Shown: positions 17,489 through 27,612 of the stretch, piece after piece
How positions within the stretch are numbered: the stretch's first letter is position 1
Layout of the letters: every line of letters begins with the position of its first letter
IMG/VR virus record: IMGVR_UViG_3300021256_000063
Location: 64,001-128,000 of that record
DNA length: 64,000 nucleotides
Strand: one strand, 5' to 3'
DNA from: a virus
Lineage: Duplodnaviria; Heunggongvirae; Uroviricota; Caudoviricetes
Notes under the pieces: model-generated
What the model was told of the DNA's origin: nothing
Database searches by the model: none
What the model saw: the letters and a program-made list of their open reading frames with translations, nothing else
Translations under genes and position numbers: made by a program

Positions 17489-19757
17489 TACAAGAATAAA
17501 GGCTGATGTGTCTATTGAAAAGGTATTATTCTTCAAAGACAACTGGGGTATTATCTCTTGTTCTGTTGATCGGGAGATTGAGGGTAAAGTCCAGTTAGGT
17601 AGATTTAATAATGCTTGTTTTAAAGGACAGATGCCTGAATTGAAACAAGGTCAGATGTGTACAGTGATTGCCGACTTTGTTCATGATGATAAATACGGTG
17701 ACCAGTATAATATTGTTTCCATCTGGGACAGGATTGATTTTGCAGAAACAGATGATAGGGGCAAGAAGAAATATCTTGCCTCTCTGTTCACTGAAAAACA
17801 GGTCAATATGATGTATGATGCACTTGATGACCCGTTTATGGCGCTCAAGAATCATGACATGGAGTCGCTTATCAAGATTAAAGGATGCGGACTTAAGACC
17901 GCTAATTTATGGGTTCGTAGATTTGATATGAGTTATAAGCGTGCAAAAATCTATATTGAATTAGAGGGTTATGATCTTACTAATAATATGATTGACCGTT
18001 TGTTAAAGACTTATGGCTCTCCAGACTTGGTAATTGACAAGGTGAAAAACAACCCATATATCCTTGTCAATGAAGTTGAGGGGATTGGTTGGTCTAAAGC
18101 TGATGACATTGCTATTGCGGGTGGTGTTGACCCTTTGGGCGTGCTCCGTATTAAAGAGTATATTAAATATTATCTTAATCAGTGTGGTAAAAACGGCATG
18201 TCATGGGTGACCACAGACCAATTACTTGGAGCGATTCTGGACAATGTTAGTGAAGATGTCGCTGATGAGGATATTACAGCTGCTATTAAAGAGTTGGGCG
18301 ATAAGTTATGGTGCAGTGACGATAAGCAAAGAATCGGGCTGAGTTATTATCGCTGGTTAAGTGAACAGATTGCGCAGGAATTACTTCGTCTGCGTGATGC
18401 GGAATCTGATTTTAAGTATAGCGGGTGGCAAGAAAGAATAAAAGAAATTGAATCTGAACAAGGTTGGGAATATACAGAAGAACAAAAAAATGGTATTGAA
18501 ACTGGATTAAAAAACAATATCATTCTTGTACATGGCAGTGCTGGAACAGGAAAATCGAGCTTAGTCACAGGCATTCTTGCAGCCCTCCCCGATTATTCTC
18601 ATGTGATGTGTGCATTATCTGGTCGTGCGTCCGCAAGATTAGCTGAATTAACAGGTGAAGAAGGATATACGATTCATAGATTGCTAGGATATCCTAAAGG
18701 CGATCCAGAATATCAGTATTTTATTTACAACCAAAATAAACAGCTTGGTTATGATATTTTTATTCTTGACGAAATCTCAATGGTGGATGCCAGTTTGTTC
18801 TATTATTTGATTCGTTCTATTCCATCTGGTTCTAAGTTAATTATGCTGGGTGATGATGGTCAGCTTGAAAGTATCGGGTGTGGAAATATCGCTCATGATT
18901 TAATTCATTCGGAAGAAATTGTTGATATTCCACTTACTAAAATTCACAGGCAAGCTGCTAAGTCAGCTATTATTACGGATAGTCTGGCTATTAGGCATGG
19001 AGAGCAAATTGTAGATAAAGACTGGTCTGGGACAAGGACAGATGGTGAATTGAAAGACCTTGTATTAGATTGCTATCTTGATAAAAGTAATAGTTTTTAT
19101 AAGGTTATGGAGCACTTTCAGGTTCTTCAGTCTCAAAAAGATTTTGATATTATGGAGACACAGATTCTTGTACCTGTAAAGAAACGTGGAACAGCGAATA
19201 CTTATATATTAAATAATGATATTCAGGAACTATATAATCCTGCTTCTGGTAATAAAAAAGAAGAAACTGTTTTAACTACATCATCTGGGGTTAGAATCTT
19301 CCGTGTTGGGGATAAAGTGATTAATACTGTTAATAACTATAAAGTTGACCCTGTTGTGTATAACGGTAATATTGGTATTCTTAAAGATATTACAACAATT
19401 GAAGATGAAGAAACTGGTGATTGGATTGATGTAATGGTGATCGATTTTGTGGGTATTGGCAGAGTAGAAATTCCTAAAGAGTATTGGAAGAATCTTGATC
19501 TGGGATATGCTATTACATATCATAAATATCAAGGTTCAGAATCAAATTATATTATACTTAATTTAGATTTCGACTCCTACAGCCTCCTGACTCGTCAGCT
19601 TGTATACACTGGCATCACTCGTGCTAAGAAGAAATGCTATCTGACATGTCAAACATCAGCGCTTAGATATGCCACGGCACAAGAAGCAGTAAGTCAGAAG
19701 CAGACACACTTACAGGAATGTCTATATGAAATTGCGCATCCTAAATTAGTCTTTTAA
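17481..19757 (+). CDS. recD2: RecD2-like SF1B helicase
   Basis: HhH repeats, GSAGTGKS, LDEISM, LGDDGQL, HRQA, YAITYHKYQGSE, YTGITRA. Confidence 0.92.
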   Translation: MSDTRIKADVSIEKVLFFKDNWGIISCSVDREIEGKVQLGRFNNACFKGQMPELKQGQMCTVIADFVHDDKYGDQYNIVSIWDRIDFAETDDRGKKKYLASLFTEKQVNMMYDALDDPFMALKNHDMESLIKIKGCGLKTANLWVRRFDMSYKRAKIYIELEGYDLTNNMIDRLLKTYGSPDLVIDKVKNNPYILVNEVEGIGWSKADDIAIAGGVDPLGVLRIKEYIKYYLNQCGKNGMSWVTTDQLLGAILDNVSEDVADEDITAAIKELGDKLWCSDDKQRIGLSYYRWLSEQIAQELLRLRDAESDFKYSGWQERIKEIESEQGWEYTEEQKNGIETGLKNNIILVHGSAGTGKSSLVTGILAALPDYSHVMCALSGRASARLAELTGEEGYTIHRLLGYPKGDPEYQYFIYNQNKQLGYDIFILDEISMVDASLFYYLIRSIPSGSKLIMLGDDGQLESIGCGNIAHDLIHSEEIVDIPLTKIHRQAAKSAIITDSLAIRHGEQIVDKDWSGTRTDGELKDLVLDCYLDKSNSFYKVMEHFQVLQSQKDFDIMETQILVPVKKRGTANTYILNNDIQELYNPASGNKKEETVLTTSSGVRIFRVGDKVINTVNNYKVDPVVYNGNIGILKDITTIEDEETGDWIDVMVIDFVGIGRVEIPKEYWKNLDLGYAITYHKYQGSESNYIILNLDFDSYSLLTRQLVYTGITRAKKKCYLTCQTSALRYATAQEAVSQKQTHLQECLYEIAHPKLVF

Positions 19758-19775
19758 ACATGTAAAAATTAAATA

Positions 19776-19804
19776 TTGACATATACAGTGAGAGCAGTTA
19801 TACT
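19776..19804 (+). promoter_or_regulatory. sigma70-type promoter
   Basis: TTGACA-17 nt-TATACT with A-rich upstream region. Confidence 0.8.
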
Positions 19805-19856
19805 AACAGAGTATTAAGTAACTGTTCTCGCTGTTGTGGAAGGAGATTAATAATCA

Positions 19857-20051
19857 ATGGACAAATTGTGGGTTTATGCAAAACCAGACGCCATGAAAGA
19901 TCATAAATTTTCAGATGACGTAGCTATTACATATGCTCCTAACAAAGGGGTGGCATATATGAGGTTTAAATTATTATATAACCTTGATTTTTCAGAGGTC
20001 ACTGAAGTAACATTTAATGATGATAATGTCGCAATTTTAACTGATTATTAA
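19857..20051 (+). CDS. hypothetical protein
   Basis: 64 aa, AAGGAG SD, first ORF after promoter. Confidence 0.65.
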   Translation: MDKLWVYAKPDAMKDHKFSDDVAITYAPNKGVAYMRFKLLYNLDFSEVTEVTFNDDNVAILTDY

Positions 20052-20064
20052 GAAGGAGTGTTAA

Positions 20065-20823
20065 ATGAAATTTCAGCCGGGAGATGTAGTTTATTGGGTT
20101 GCACATCACAAATGGTCAGTAGATATGTATGTAGATTTCGGTATTGTAACAGAAGAGTTTTCTGATGCTGTGTGTGTCGATAGGTTGCATATGCATGATA
20201 ACCGTTATATTAATGGTATTCCTTATAAAGATTTTCCTAATGTAACTTCATGGCAGAAGCTCCCTAAGGGATGGACTTATAATACTAAATTATTTGAGGT
20301 TGAATGGAAGAGCACAGTCCCTATTGATTCAGACGAACATCTGTTGGAAATGTCTCTTAGATTAGACCGTCCAGAAGATGTGAAGACAGCTTTAGAGCAT
20401 GGGTTTTTGATATATCTTAAAGATTACGACCAGACAGTTCCACATTCTGAAGTAAGTAATAAGCTTGGTTGGCGTATCAGGAAAGAACATGATAATTCTA
20501 CATATGTTTATCCGCATATTACCCTTCAGAAGAACAAAGCATTTAAAACCTATGAAGAAGCACAGGCTGTTATTGATGCGCAGGAAGCCGAGTGGAAGCG
20601 TCAATCTGAATTGACTGATGAAGAATGGTCTAAGGAAGAGATTGAGCGTGATTTGGAACGTGCTAAAACTTCTCATAATTTCAGCACTGAAGATTGTGAT
20701 AAGATTCGAGACTTCTTATTTGGAATGGATCATGTAGATTCTATTGAGACGAGGATTTATTGTGGCGAATTTCAGTGGAAATATGAGAAGAATAAAAAAT
20801 GGAGAACTATTGTTTTAGATTAA
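20065..20823 (+). CDS. hypothetical protein
   Basis: 252 aa, AAGGAG SD. Confidence 0.7.
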   Translation: MKFQPGDVVYWVAHHKWSVDMYVDFGIVTEEFSDAVCVDRLHMHDNRYINGIPYKDFPNVTSWQKLPKGWTYNTKLFEVEWKSTVPIDSDEHLLEMSLRLDRPEDVKTALEHGFLIYLKDYDQTVPHSEVSNKLGWRIRKEHDNSTYVYPHITLQKNKAFKTYEEAQAVIDAQEAEWKRQSELTDEEWSKEEIERDLERAKTSHNFSTEDCDKIRDFLFGMDHVDSIETRIYCGEFQWKYEKNKKWRTIVLD

Positions 20824-20839
20824 GAAAGGAATATTAAAT

Positions 20840-21565
20840 ATGAATGTATATTTGAATGAAATTACAGGTATGGCTGATGGACTTACTACTTTATATTTTA
20901 GTAAACGTACTTGGACGCGAGAAAAAGAAGAAAATATTAGACGGGCTTGGAAAGAAGTAAACGAATTATATAGTTTAGAAGGACGTTTTTGGAAAGATGG
21001 AGATTTGCAACTGATTCGCCAGTTAATCGAATCATTTTGTAAATATGCATGGAAGCATACTACAATGCTTGATTTTGTAACCATTTCGGTGACAGTTGAA
21101 GGAATTCATAGAGCAGGACAGGATGATTGGGATGCCCACGCTAAACGTTTTGATAACAGAATTATTCGTAGTTCTACACGTCTTGCGGATTTTTCTGAAG
21201 GAGAAATGTCTGATTATTATAAGGATAAAATCATTCCTTTGGGTGTAGCACTTGGGTATTTGGGGATTAATGTTCCTGAAAAATTTAAAAAAGATAATGT
21301 AACTTATGTTCGGTCAGCGAACGGCTATATTCAAGAGGATTTAAAAGATAATCGTGATGTAAAGCGTGGATTATATATGGAGTCTATTCCCTCCAATTTC
21401 ATATTCAAATGTAATATGGCTCAATGGGCACATGTGTATCGTATGAGAAATGAGAGTGGAACTGCAAATCCAGAAGTTAAGCAACTTGCAGAAGCGATTC
21501 AGGATCAGATTGAAGACCAGATGCCTTGGTTTAATCGAGAATTTCTTGCTAAAGTACAGATTTAA
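20840..21565 (+). CDS. divergent ThyX-like (FAD-dependent thymidylate synthase fold) protein
   Basis: KHTTMLDF (cf. GHxSxLEH), VEGIHRA, SSTR (SxR), CN..QW..V..MR....ANPEVKQLA; lacks canonical RHR. Confidence 0.6.
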   Translation: MNVYLNEITGMADGLTTLYFSKRTWTREKEENIRRAWKEVNELYSLEGRFWKDGDLQLIRQLIESFCKYAWKHTTMLDFVTISVTVEGIHRAGQDDWDAHAKRFDNRIIRSSTRLADFSEGEMSDYYKDKIIPLGVALGYLGINVPEKFKKDNVTYVRSANGYIQEDLKDNRDVKRGLYMESIPSNFIFKCNMAQWAHVYRMRNESGTANPEVKQLAEAIQDQIEDQMPWFNREFLAKVQI

Positions 21566-21581
21566 ATAAAGGACACTAAAA

Positions 21582-21815
21582 ATGAACAAAATGATTAAAA
21601 ATATATTAGGCTATATATTAATTATCGGTATTTCTATTATACCTATTATTCTTATATTAGGAGCCAGTTTTGGTCTTACGGGACTGATTATTAAAGGTAT
21701 ATGTTGGGCTTTTCATAAAACATTTTCTTGGAGATTGGCGTTTGGTGTATGGCTTATATTGGGACTTATAGGCAGTGTATTTGGTGGTACAAAATATGTT
21801 AAAAAAGTTGATTAA
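21582..21815 (+). CDS. membrane protein
   Basis: Two long hydrophobic segments. Confidence 0.65.
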   Translation: MNKMIKNILGYILIIGISIIPIILILGASFGLTGLIIKGICWAFHKTFSWRLAFGVWLILGLIGSVFGGTKYVKKVD

Positions 21816-21831
21816 GGAGATAATTAAAATT

Positions 21832-22179
21832 ATGGGAAAGAATAAAGATTGGATTAAAGTAACTGACAGGCTTCCTGAATCTGAGAAGCCTGTTGAAATT
21901 ACATTCAGATGGAAGAAACTTAATAATCCTGATGAGTATTGGTATGCAACATGCAATGCATTCTATGAAGATGGGTCTATCCCTGTAGACGACAGCGCAT
22001 ACAATTGGGATGATTATGAGGATGATGATCTCGTATGGGACGAGTTCACTAATACATGGTATGTCCCAAGAGGATGGCATGAAGATGTCTGGTTTATGGA
22101 AGAATGCTGGCACATTGATGAAACTGAGTTTGAAGTCGTAGCTTGGAAAGAAAAATGCAAGCCTTATAAGGGGGATTGA
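21832..22179 (+). CDS. DUF551-like hypothetical protein
   Basis: WIKVTDRLPE N-terminus and VVAWK C-terminus. Confidence 0.65.
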   Translation: MGKNKDWIKVTDRLPESEKPVEITFRWKKLNNPDEYWYATCNAFYEDGSIPVDDSAYNWDDYEDDDLVWDEFTNTWYVPRGWHEDVWFMEECWHIDETEFEVVAWKEKCKPYKGD

Positions 22180-22349
22180 TGTTGACTAATTTAGGAATAA
22201 TCATGCTATGTATAGGCTGTCTTCTTGTACTACAGATATGTTATTTTTCATTTGTCTTACATACCTTAAATATCTGGTTCGCAATATATTGGATATGGTT
22301 CGCTGTATATGTGTGGAATCCGTGTGGAGTTTTTCGAAAGAAACGTTGA
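22179..22349 (+). CDS. small hydrophobic protein (56 aa)
   Basis: ATG coupled to upstream TGA; hydrophobic with basic C-terminus. Confidence 0.5.
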   Translation: MLTNLGIIMLCIGCLLVLQICYFSFVLHTLNIWFAIYWIWFAVYVWNPCGVFRKKR

Positions 22350-22357
22350 GGTGAGTT

Positions 22358-22705
22358 ATGTTAATCGGGACTAAATATACCCCGTCACATGTTAAATTCA
22401 TTGAATATACAGGTAAATATCCGACTCTATGTATGGGTGTGCTTGTATTAGAAATCGATGATCAAAGATATTATTTTGGCTATGACTATGACGGCAAATA
22501 TAAAGATGTAAAAATGTTGCCTCAGTTTTGGACAAGTGGCGGTGGTTGCGGCTTTAGGAACAATTATTCAGAATCATATGTAAATCATGATGACTGGAGA
22601 ATTGATGTAGATTATCTTCCAAAGGAATTCCATCCTTATGCAGAAGAAATTGATGAACTGTTCAATGAGCATGTACCATATGGTTGTTGTGGAGGGTGTT
22701 TATAA
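22358..22705 (+). CDS. hypothetical protein
   Basis: 115 aa ending GCCGGCL; GAGGTG SD. Confidence 0.7.
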   Translation: MLIGTKYTPSHVKFIEYTGKYPTLCMGVLVLEIDDQRYYFGYDYDGKYKDVKMLPQFWTSGGGCGFRNNYSESYVNHDDWRIDVDYLPKEFHPYAEEIDELFNEHVPYGCCGGCL

Positions 22706-22884
22706 TGAAAATGATTGGATTTTACGATGTAATGATGGCGGGCTACGAACTGCTTAAAGAAGAGACTGATGTAATTTATGGCACCGATGCTAAAGATCAG
22801 GCTGAGTCTGCTACACGCATGGGTGGTATTGTAGATATGGTGTTTAAGCTTCGTGAAATGTGCAAAGAAGAAGAGGATAATTAA
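22705..22884 (+). CDS. hypothetical protein
   Basis: Coupled start, GGAGG SD. Confidence 0.6.
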   Translation: MKMIGFYDVMMAGYELLKEETDVIYGTDAKDQAESATRMGGIVDMVFKLREMCKEEEDN

Positions 22885-22886
22885 AT

Positions 22887-23456
22887 ATGTTACTTATTAT
22901 TACTGGCAAGATGTGTTCTGGTAAGGACACTGTTGTAAAAAGACTAATCAATAAAGGCTTTAAAAAGGTAGTGACATATACTACCAGACCTAAGAGAAGA
23001 GGTGAGACAGATGGTGTAGATTATCATTACATCTCCAAAAAGGATTTCGAGGGGAAGATTCAGGATGGATTCTTTTTGGAGTATAGGTCGTACAAGGTAG
23101 CTTCTGGTGAGACATGGTATTATGGCAGCGCTAAAGAGGACGTTATGAAGATTAGAGATGATCAAAAAAAGGTCATTATTTTGAGTCCTTCTGGTGTGGA
23201 TAAGATGATTGAACTGAAGCGTACTAATGATATTTTATTTAGAATTGTGCATTTGAAATGTACAGACGCCACAATCCGTGAACGTGCCAAGCATCGCAGA
23301 GATAACAAGCAGGAAGTTGAAAGACGTATTATTTCTGACGGTAATGATTTCTGTGTGATGGACATCTTTGCTGATAAGGTTGTTTGGAATAATTTGGATT
23401 GTGAGTTAGGAGACGTTGTTAAAGAAGTATTAGATTATATTGAAGGAGAGATGTAA
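22887..23456 (+). CDS. gmk: guanylate kinase-like NMP kinase
   Basis: GKMCSGKDT P-loop, VTYTTRPKRRGETDGVDYHY, YYG. Confidence 0.88.
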   Translation: MLLIITGKMCSGKDTVVKRLINKGFKKVVTYTTRPKRRGETDGVDYHYISKKDFEGKIQDGFFLEYRSYKVASGETWYYGSAKEDVMKIRDDQKKVIILSPSGVDKMIELKRTNDILFRIVHLKCTDATIRERAKHRRDNKQEVERRIISDGNDFCVMDIFADKVVWNNLDCELGDVVKEVLDYIEGEM

Positions 23457-23675
23457 ATGTCGGTAGTGTTATATAGCACTGGATGTCCTAAGTGTCGAGT
23501 GCTTGAAAAAAAATTGAATACAGATGGAATTAAGTATTCTATTTCAAATGATATAAATAAATTAGTCGAGAAGGGCTTTCAGTCTGTACCTGTTCTTGAC
23601 GTTGACGGTGATTTTCTTGAGTTTAAGGATGCTGTTAATTGGATTAAGAACAGGGGGAAAAGGCATGAAGATTGA
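23457..23675 (+). CDS. nrdH: NrdH/glutaredoxin-like protein
   Basis: CPKC active site, SVPVL; directly upstream of nrdD. Confidence 0.8.
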   Translation: MSVVLYSTGCPKCRVLEKKLNTDGIKYSISNDINKLVEKGFQSVPVLDVDGDFLEFKDAVNWIKNRGKRHED

Positions 23676-25614
23676 TATTAAATTAATTAAGAATTTTGTT
23701 TCACAATATAATAAATTACAAGCAGAGTTCGGTACTGATATTGCAAAACTAAATGGATTTGATGATGGTCAGCTTAGCTATACAGATTTCATTGATAATT
23801 TTATTGATGAAGATGTAGTAGCTGATTCAAGTATTGATGGCAATTCAAATGTGAGTCATAAAGATATTGTTACTCTTGAGCGTGAAATGCCAAAGCCTCA
23901 TTCCAAACTTCTGGCTTTTAATAAAATTTATTATGAGATTTCTAAGAAATTTGGATTTAAAACGGCAAACGATTGGCTTAGGATGGAATGGATGGGCAAG
24001 CTTTATATGCATGATGCTCCTTCAAGTACATTCCGTAGTTATTGTTTTGCATATGATTTAACTGATCTGGCTGAAAAAGGATTGTTCTTTATTGAAGGAC
24101 AGAACCCTGAACCTGCTAAACATCTGACCACTTTTGTTGATTTTGTAAAAGAGTATGTAAGTTTTGCTTGTAATAGAACCTCTGGTGCAGTTGGACTTCC
24201 TAATATTATTCCTTATATGTTTTATTTTTGGAAGAAAGATATTGATCAAGATTATTTAGGAATTAGGTCAAGTCATAATGAAAAGTATTATGCTAAACAA
24301 AATTTTCAGCGTTTTATTTATGCTGTTAATCAGCCATATGTACGTGATGGTAGCCAATCGGCTTTTACTAATACAAGTGTGTTTGATCGTCCATATTTTG
24401 AGGCTCTTTTTGGTGGTGCAGAATTTCCAGATGGTACTTTTATGATTGATTATGAAGAAGAAATCATTGAATTTCAAAAATGGTATATGGAAGTAATGTC
24501 TGAAATTCGTAGTACTAATATGTTTACTTTTCCAGTAAGTACAATTTCTTTACTTCGTCAAGATGGTAAATTTGTAGATGAAGATTTTGCCCGTTGGGCT
24601 GTTAAGCATAATATGAAATGGTCTGATAGCAATTTATTTATTGATGAGACTGTTAATTCTCTTTCAAATTGTTGTCGATTAAAGAGTAATATTGAAGATC
24701 TTGGTTATTTTAATAGTATCGGCGGGACAGCGCTTAAAGTAGGCTCTGTAAAAGTTAACACAATTAATCTTGCACGCATTGCCTTAGATACTGATTCAGA
24801 AGATGAATATCTTGAAGAACTGAAAAATCGTGTTTATATTTGTCTGTGTGCCCTTGATGCAGTTAGGCACATTATTAAGAGAAATGTTGAAAAGGGGATG
24901 CTCCCCAATTTTACTTATGGGCTAATTGATTTTGAGCACCTGTATAATACTATTGGCTTTATTGGTGTTTATGAGACCATGAATAAATTTGGATACACTT
25001 ATAAAGATGAGTTTGGAAATACTTTTTATACAGATAAGGCTTCTGCTTTTGGAAAAAAGATTTTTGAAACAATGCGGGAAGTCGCCGATGGTTTTATTAA
25101 GGAATATAAATGTGATTATCAAATTAACACAGAGCAAATTCCCGGCGAAAGTGCTGCTGCTAAATTAATGAAAAAAGATAAGTTCTTTTACCCAAGAGCA
25201 ACTATTTATGTGCTTCCTCTTTATGGCAATCAGTTTATTCCTCTTGGAATTAAAACTACTCTTCAAGAAAGAATTAGGATAGCAGCTGAATTCGATAAAT
25301 ATTGTAATGGTGGATCGATACTCCATGCAAATATTGATGCACCGTTTGATAGTTTTGAAAAAGCATGGAAAATGGTTGAGTATATTGCAGATCAAGGACT
25401 GACCTATTTTGCATTTAATACTAAAATACAGTGCTGTGAAAATAATCATGCTTTTTATGGTACAACATGTCCAGTTTGTGGAAAACCTGTAGACAGTGAA
25501 TATACAAGAATCGTTGGTTTTTATACTAAAATTAAATCGTGGTCTACTGAAAGAACAGCTGAATATAAAATGAGGAAATGGGAACCTGTTAATCAAAATG
25601 AGGTTATATCATGA
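23665..25614 (+). CDS. nrdD: anaerobic (class III) ribonucleoside-triphosphate reductase, no N-terminal ATP cone apparent
   Basis: CCRL, TINL, EQIPGE, CENNH/CPVC Zn site, YTRIVGFY glycyl-radical motif. Confidence 0.92.
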   Translation: MKIDIKLIKNFVSQYNKLQAEFGTDIAKLNGFDDGQLSYTDFIDNFIDEDVVADSSIDGNSNVSHKDIVTLEREMPKPHSKLLAFNKIYYEISKKFGFKTANDWLRMEWMGKLYMHDAPSSTFRSYCFAYDLTDLAEKGLFFIEGQNPEPAKHLTTFVDFVKEYVSFACNRTSGAVGLPNIIPYMFYFWKKDIDQDYLGIRSSHNEKYYAKQNFQRFIYAVNQPYVRDGSQSAFTNTSVFDRPYFEALFGGAEFPDGTFMIDYEEEIIEFQKWYMEVMSEIRSTNMFTFPVSTISLLRQDGKFVDEDFARWAVKHNMKWSDSNLFIDETVNSLSNCCRLKSNIEDLGYFNSIGGTALKVGSVKVNTINLARIALDTDSEDEYLEELKNRVYICLCALDAVRHIIKRNVEKGMLPNFTYGLIDFEHLYNTIGFIGVYETMNKFGYTYKDEFGNTFYTDKASAFGKKIFETMREVADGFIKEYKCDYQINTEQIPGESAAAKLMKKDKFFYPRATIYVLPLYGNQFIPLGIKTTLQERIRIAAEFDKYCNGGSILHANIDAPFDSFEKAWKMVEYIADQGLTYFAFNTKIQCCENNHAFYGTTCPVCGKPVDSEYTRIVGFYTKIKSWSTERTAEYKMRKWEPVNQNEVIS

Positions 25615-26087
25615 AAATTCTTGGTATTATAGATGAAGATTTCATTAATTATAAAAAACCATCTATGGTAATTGAATTTCCTTATTGTTCGTTTAAATGT
25701 GATAAGGAATGTGGTAAACCTGTTTGTCAAAATAGCGCTCTTACTAATGAGCCTATTATTGAAATTGACGCTAAAAAAATAGTTGAAAGATATTTGCAAA
25801 ACCCAATTACTGAAGCAGTGGTATTTCAAGGACTAGAGCCATTAGATTCTTGTGAAGATATGTTTGATTTAATAATTGAAATTAGAAAAAGAACCGATGA
25901 TGACATTGTGATTTATACTGGTTATGATTCTCGTGAAATATATCATTACACAGATAAACTTGGTCATATATTCCCAAATATAATTATTAAATATGGCAGA
26001 TATATTCCAGACGTAAAACCACATTATGATCCTGTCCTTGGTGTTAATCTTGCATCTGATAACCAGTATGCAGAAAAAATATCTTGA
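25611..26087 (+). CDS. nrdG: NrdG-like radical-SAM activase
   Basis: CSFKCDKEC...CQN cysteine motif, GLEP; follows nrdD. Confidence 0.85.
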   Translation: MKILGIIDEDFINYKKPSMVIEFPYCSFKCDKECGKPVCQNSALTNEPIIEIDAKKIVERYLQNPITEAVVFQGLEPLDSCEDMFDLIIEIRKRTDDDIVIYTGYDSREIYHYTDKLGHIFPNIIIKYGRYIPDVKPHYDPVLGVNLASDNQYAEKIS

Positions 26088-26112
26088 CAAACAATAATTA
26101 AACATATACAAT
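26084..26112 (+). promoter_or_regulatory. sigma70-type promoter
   Basis: TTGACA-17 nt-TACAAT upstream of the HD gene/tRNA-Leu/vWA-PurA block. Confidence 0.8.
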
Positions 26113-26203
26113 AACAATATGTTACTAGTATTCCTCCGTTATGGGCTATGTGTGGTTTATTAATATCACCATAGCCCAACTAATGAAAAAGGTGGTGTAC
26201 CCT

Positions 26204-26860
26204 ATGACAAACGAACAAAAAATTGCAGTGTTTGAACCTATGTTTAAACATTTTGAAACACAAGAAGTCTTAGACTATTTTAAAGAAGTAGTGACAAAAA
26301 TTCCAGACGCTATTTTCTATAAACCTGCAAGTAGCTCTGGAAAATATCATAATAAACAGCAGATTGGAGAATACGGGCAGCTTATTCATATCTATATGTT
26401 CTTTGATATTTTGAATATGCTTCTTGATTTGGAGTATAATCGACAGAAATTCAACTATCCAGTCGCACGAGATTTGATGCGCTGTGTCCCTGCATTACAT
26501 GATATGTGTAAATATGGAGTAGCGGGTAGGATGAAACATACTACTGGTGAGCATCCACTCTTGGCACATCAGAAACTGGTTAAGATTAATCAGGATAAAA
26601 AGACTGAGCATCCTCTTAAAGAAGAATACCTTGAGGTGCTGTGTAATATGTGCGAACGTCATTCTGGACAATGGAATACCTATAGGATTGACAGCTATGG
26701 TTGGGACAGAACCCCAAAGATCGGTACTATGGAGAAACCCCAGAATGATATGGATATGCTGATTCACGAATGTGATATGTTGGCGTCAAGGAGTTGGCTC
26801 ACATATGAGATTCCTGAGGATTTGATGCAGAGATTTAAAGACAATATTGCGGATATCTAA
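26204..26860 (+). CDS. HD-domain phosphohydrolase
   Basis: PASSSGKYH, IH, LHD, HSGQW, HECD motifs; start ATG 26204 after AAGGTGG. Confidence 0.85.
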   Translation: MTNEQKIAVFEPMFKHFETQEVLDYFKEVVTKIPDAIFYKPASSSGKYHNKQQIGEYGQLIHIYMFFDILNMLLDLEYNRQKFNYPVARDLMRCVPALHDMCKYGVAGRMKHTTGEHPLLAHQKLVKINQDKKTEHPLKEEYLEVLCNMCERHSGQWNTYRIDSYGWDRTPKIGTMEKPQNDMDMLIHECDMLASRSWLTYEIPEDLMQRFKDNIADI

Positions 26861-26872
26861 TATCCGCTTTAA

Positions 26873-26954
26873 GCCCCTATGGTGAAATTGGCAAACACGT
26901 TGGCTTCAAGTACCAATGCTGAAAGGCTTCAGGGTTCGAGTCCCTGTAGGGGTA
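26873..26954 (+). tRNA. tRNA-Leu(CAA)
   Basis: GCCCCTA/TAGGGGT acceptor, TTCAAGT loop, long variable arm, CAGGG-TTCGAGT-CCCTG T-arm. Confidence 0.88.
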
Positions 26955-26997
26955 TTTAGTAATTATTAATTAAATTCATAAGCAAAGGAGTAAAACG

Positions 26998-27612
26998 ATG
27001 AACACTGATTTTTTTAATGGTATGTTTGGTAGGATTGATCCGGGCAACATCCGACTTGATGTGAATGGTAATATTGCTGTTCGCACAACAAATGGTTACA
27101 AGTCTTACAATACTAAGACTGGCAAGCTGATTAACTGTAACAATTTCGTCTTTGATATTGGCGAAGAGTTCTTTTTTGTAATTCCTACAAACAAGGTTGA
27201 AAAGGGTGATATTATCCTTGCTCAGAGTAAAGATGGCGGTCGTAAGCCTAAGTGCGTTGTAGATGTGAATCCCTCGTTTATTACTGTCATTAACTATGAA
27301 GATTCTACAGTAGAGCAGATTCTTCCTGAGCGCCACATGTTTATGGGCAATACTTATTTTTATGGCAAAATCGTTTCTATGTTCAATTTCTCTAAGGACG
27401 GCAATAAGAAAAACGGCTTCGAGAACATCCTGAAGTATAAGATGATGTCTGAAATGATGGGCGGTAAAAATGGTGGCGCTAATAATGGTATGGGCAATCT
27501 TATGATGCTTGGAATGATGAGTAACGGTGGTCTGAGTGACATGTTCAACTTTGATGGAATGTTTGATTTTGATAATGATGCAGAAGATGACAATCAGGAG
27601 GATGAAGAGTAA
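26998..27612 (+). CDS. hypothetical protein with Gly/Met/Asn-rich and acidic C-terminal tail
   Basis: 204 aa; translationally coupled to vWA gene. Confidence 0.75.
   Translation: MNTDFFNGMFGRIDPGNIRLDVNGNIAVRTTNGYKSYNTKTGKLINCNNFVFDIGEEFFFVIPTNKVEKGDIILAQSKDGGRKPKCVVDVNPSFITVINYEDSTVEQILPERHMFMGNTYFYGKIVSMFNFSKDGNKKNGFENILKYKMMSEMMGGKNGGANNGMGNLMMLGMMSNGGLSDMFNFDGMFDFDNDAEDDNQEDEE

Noticed and set aside
13565-25614. Inteins or group I introns in dnaE, recD2, nrdD
   Set aside because: ORFs are continuous with normal lengths and motif spacing; no C/S...HN splice signatures or LAGLIDADG insertions were seen.
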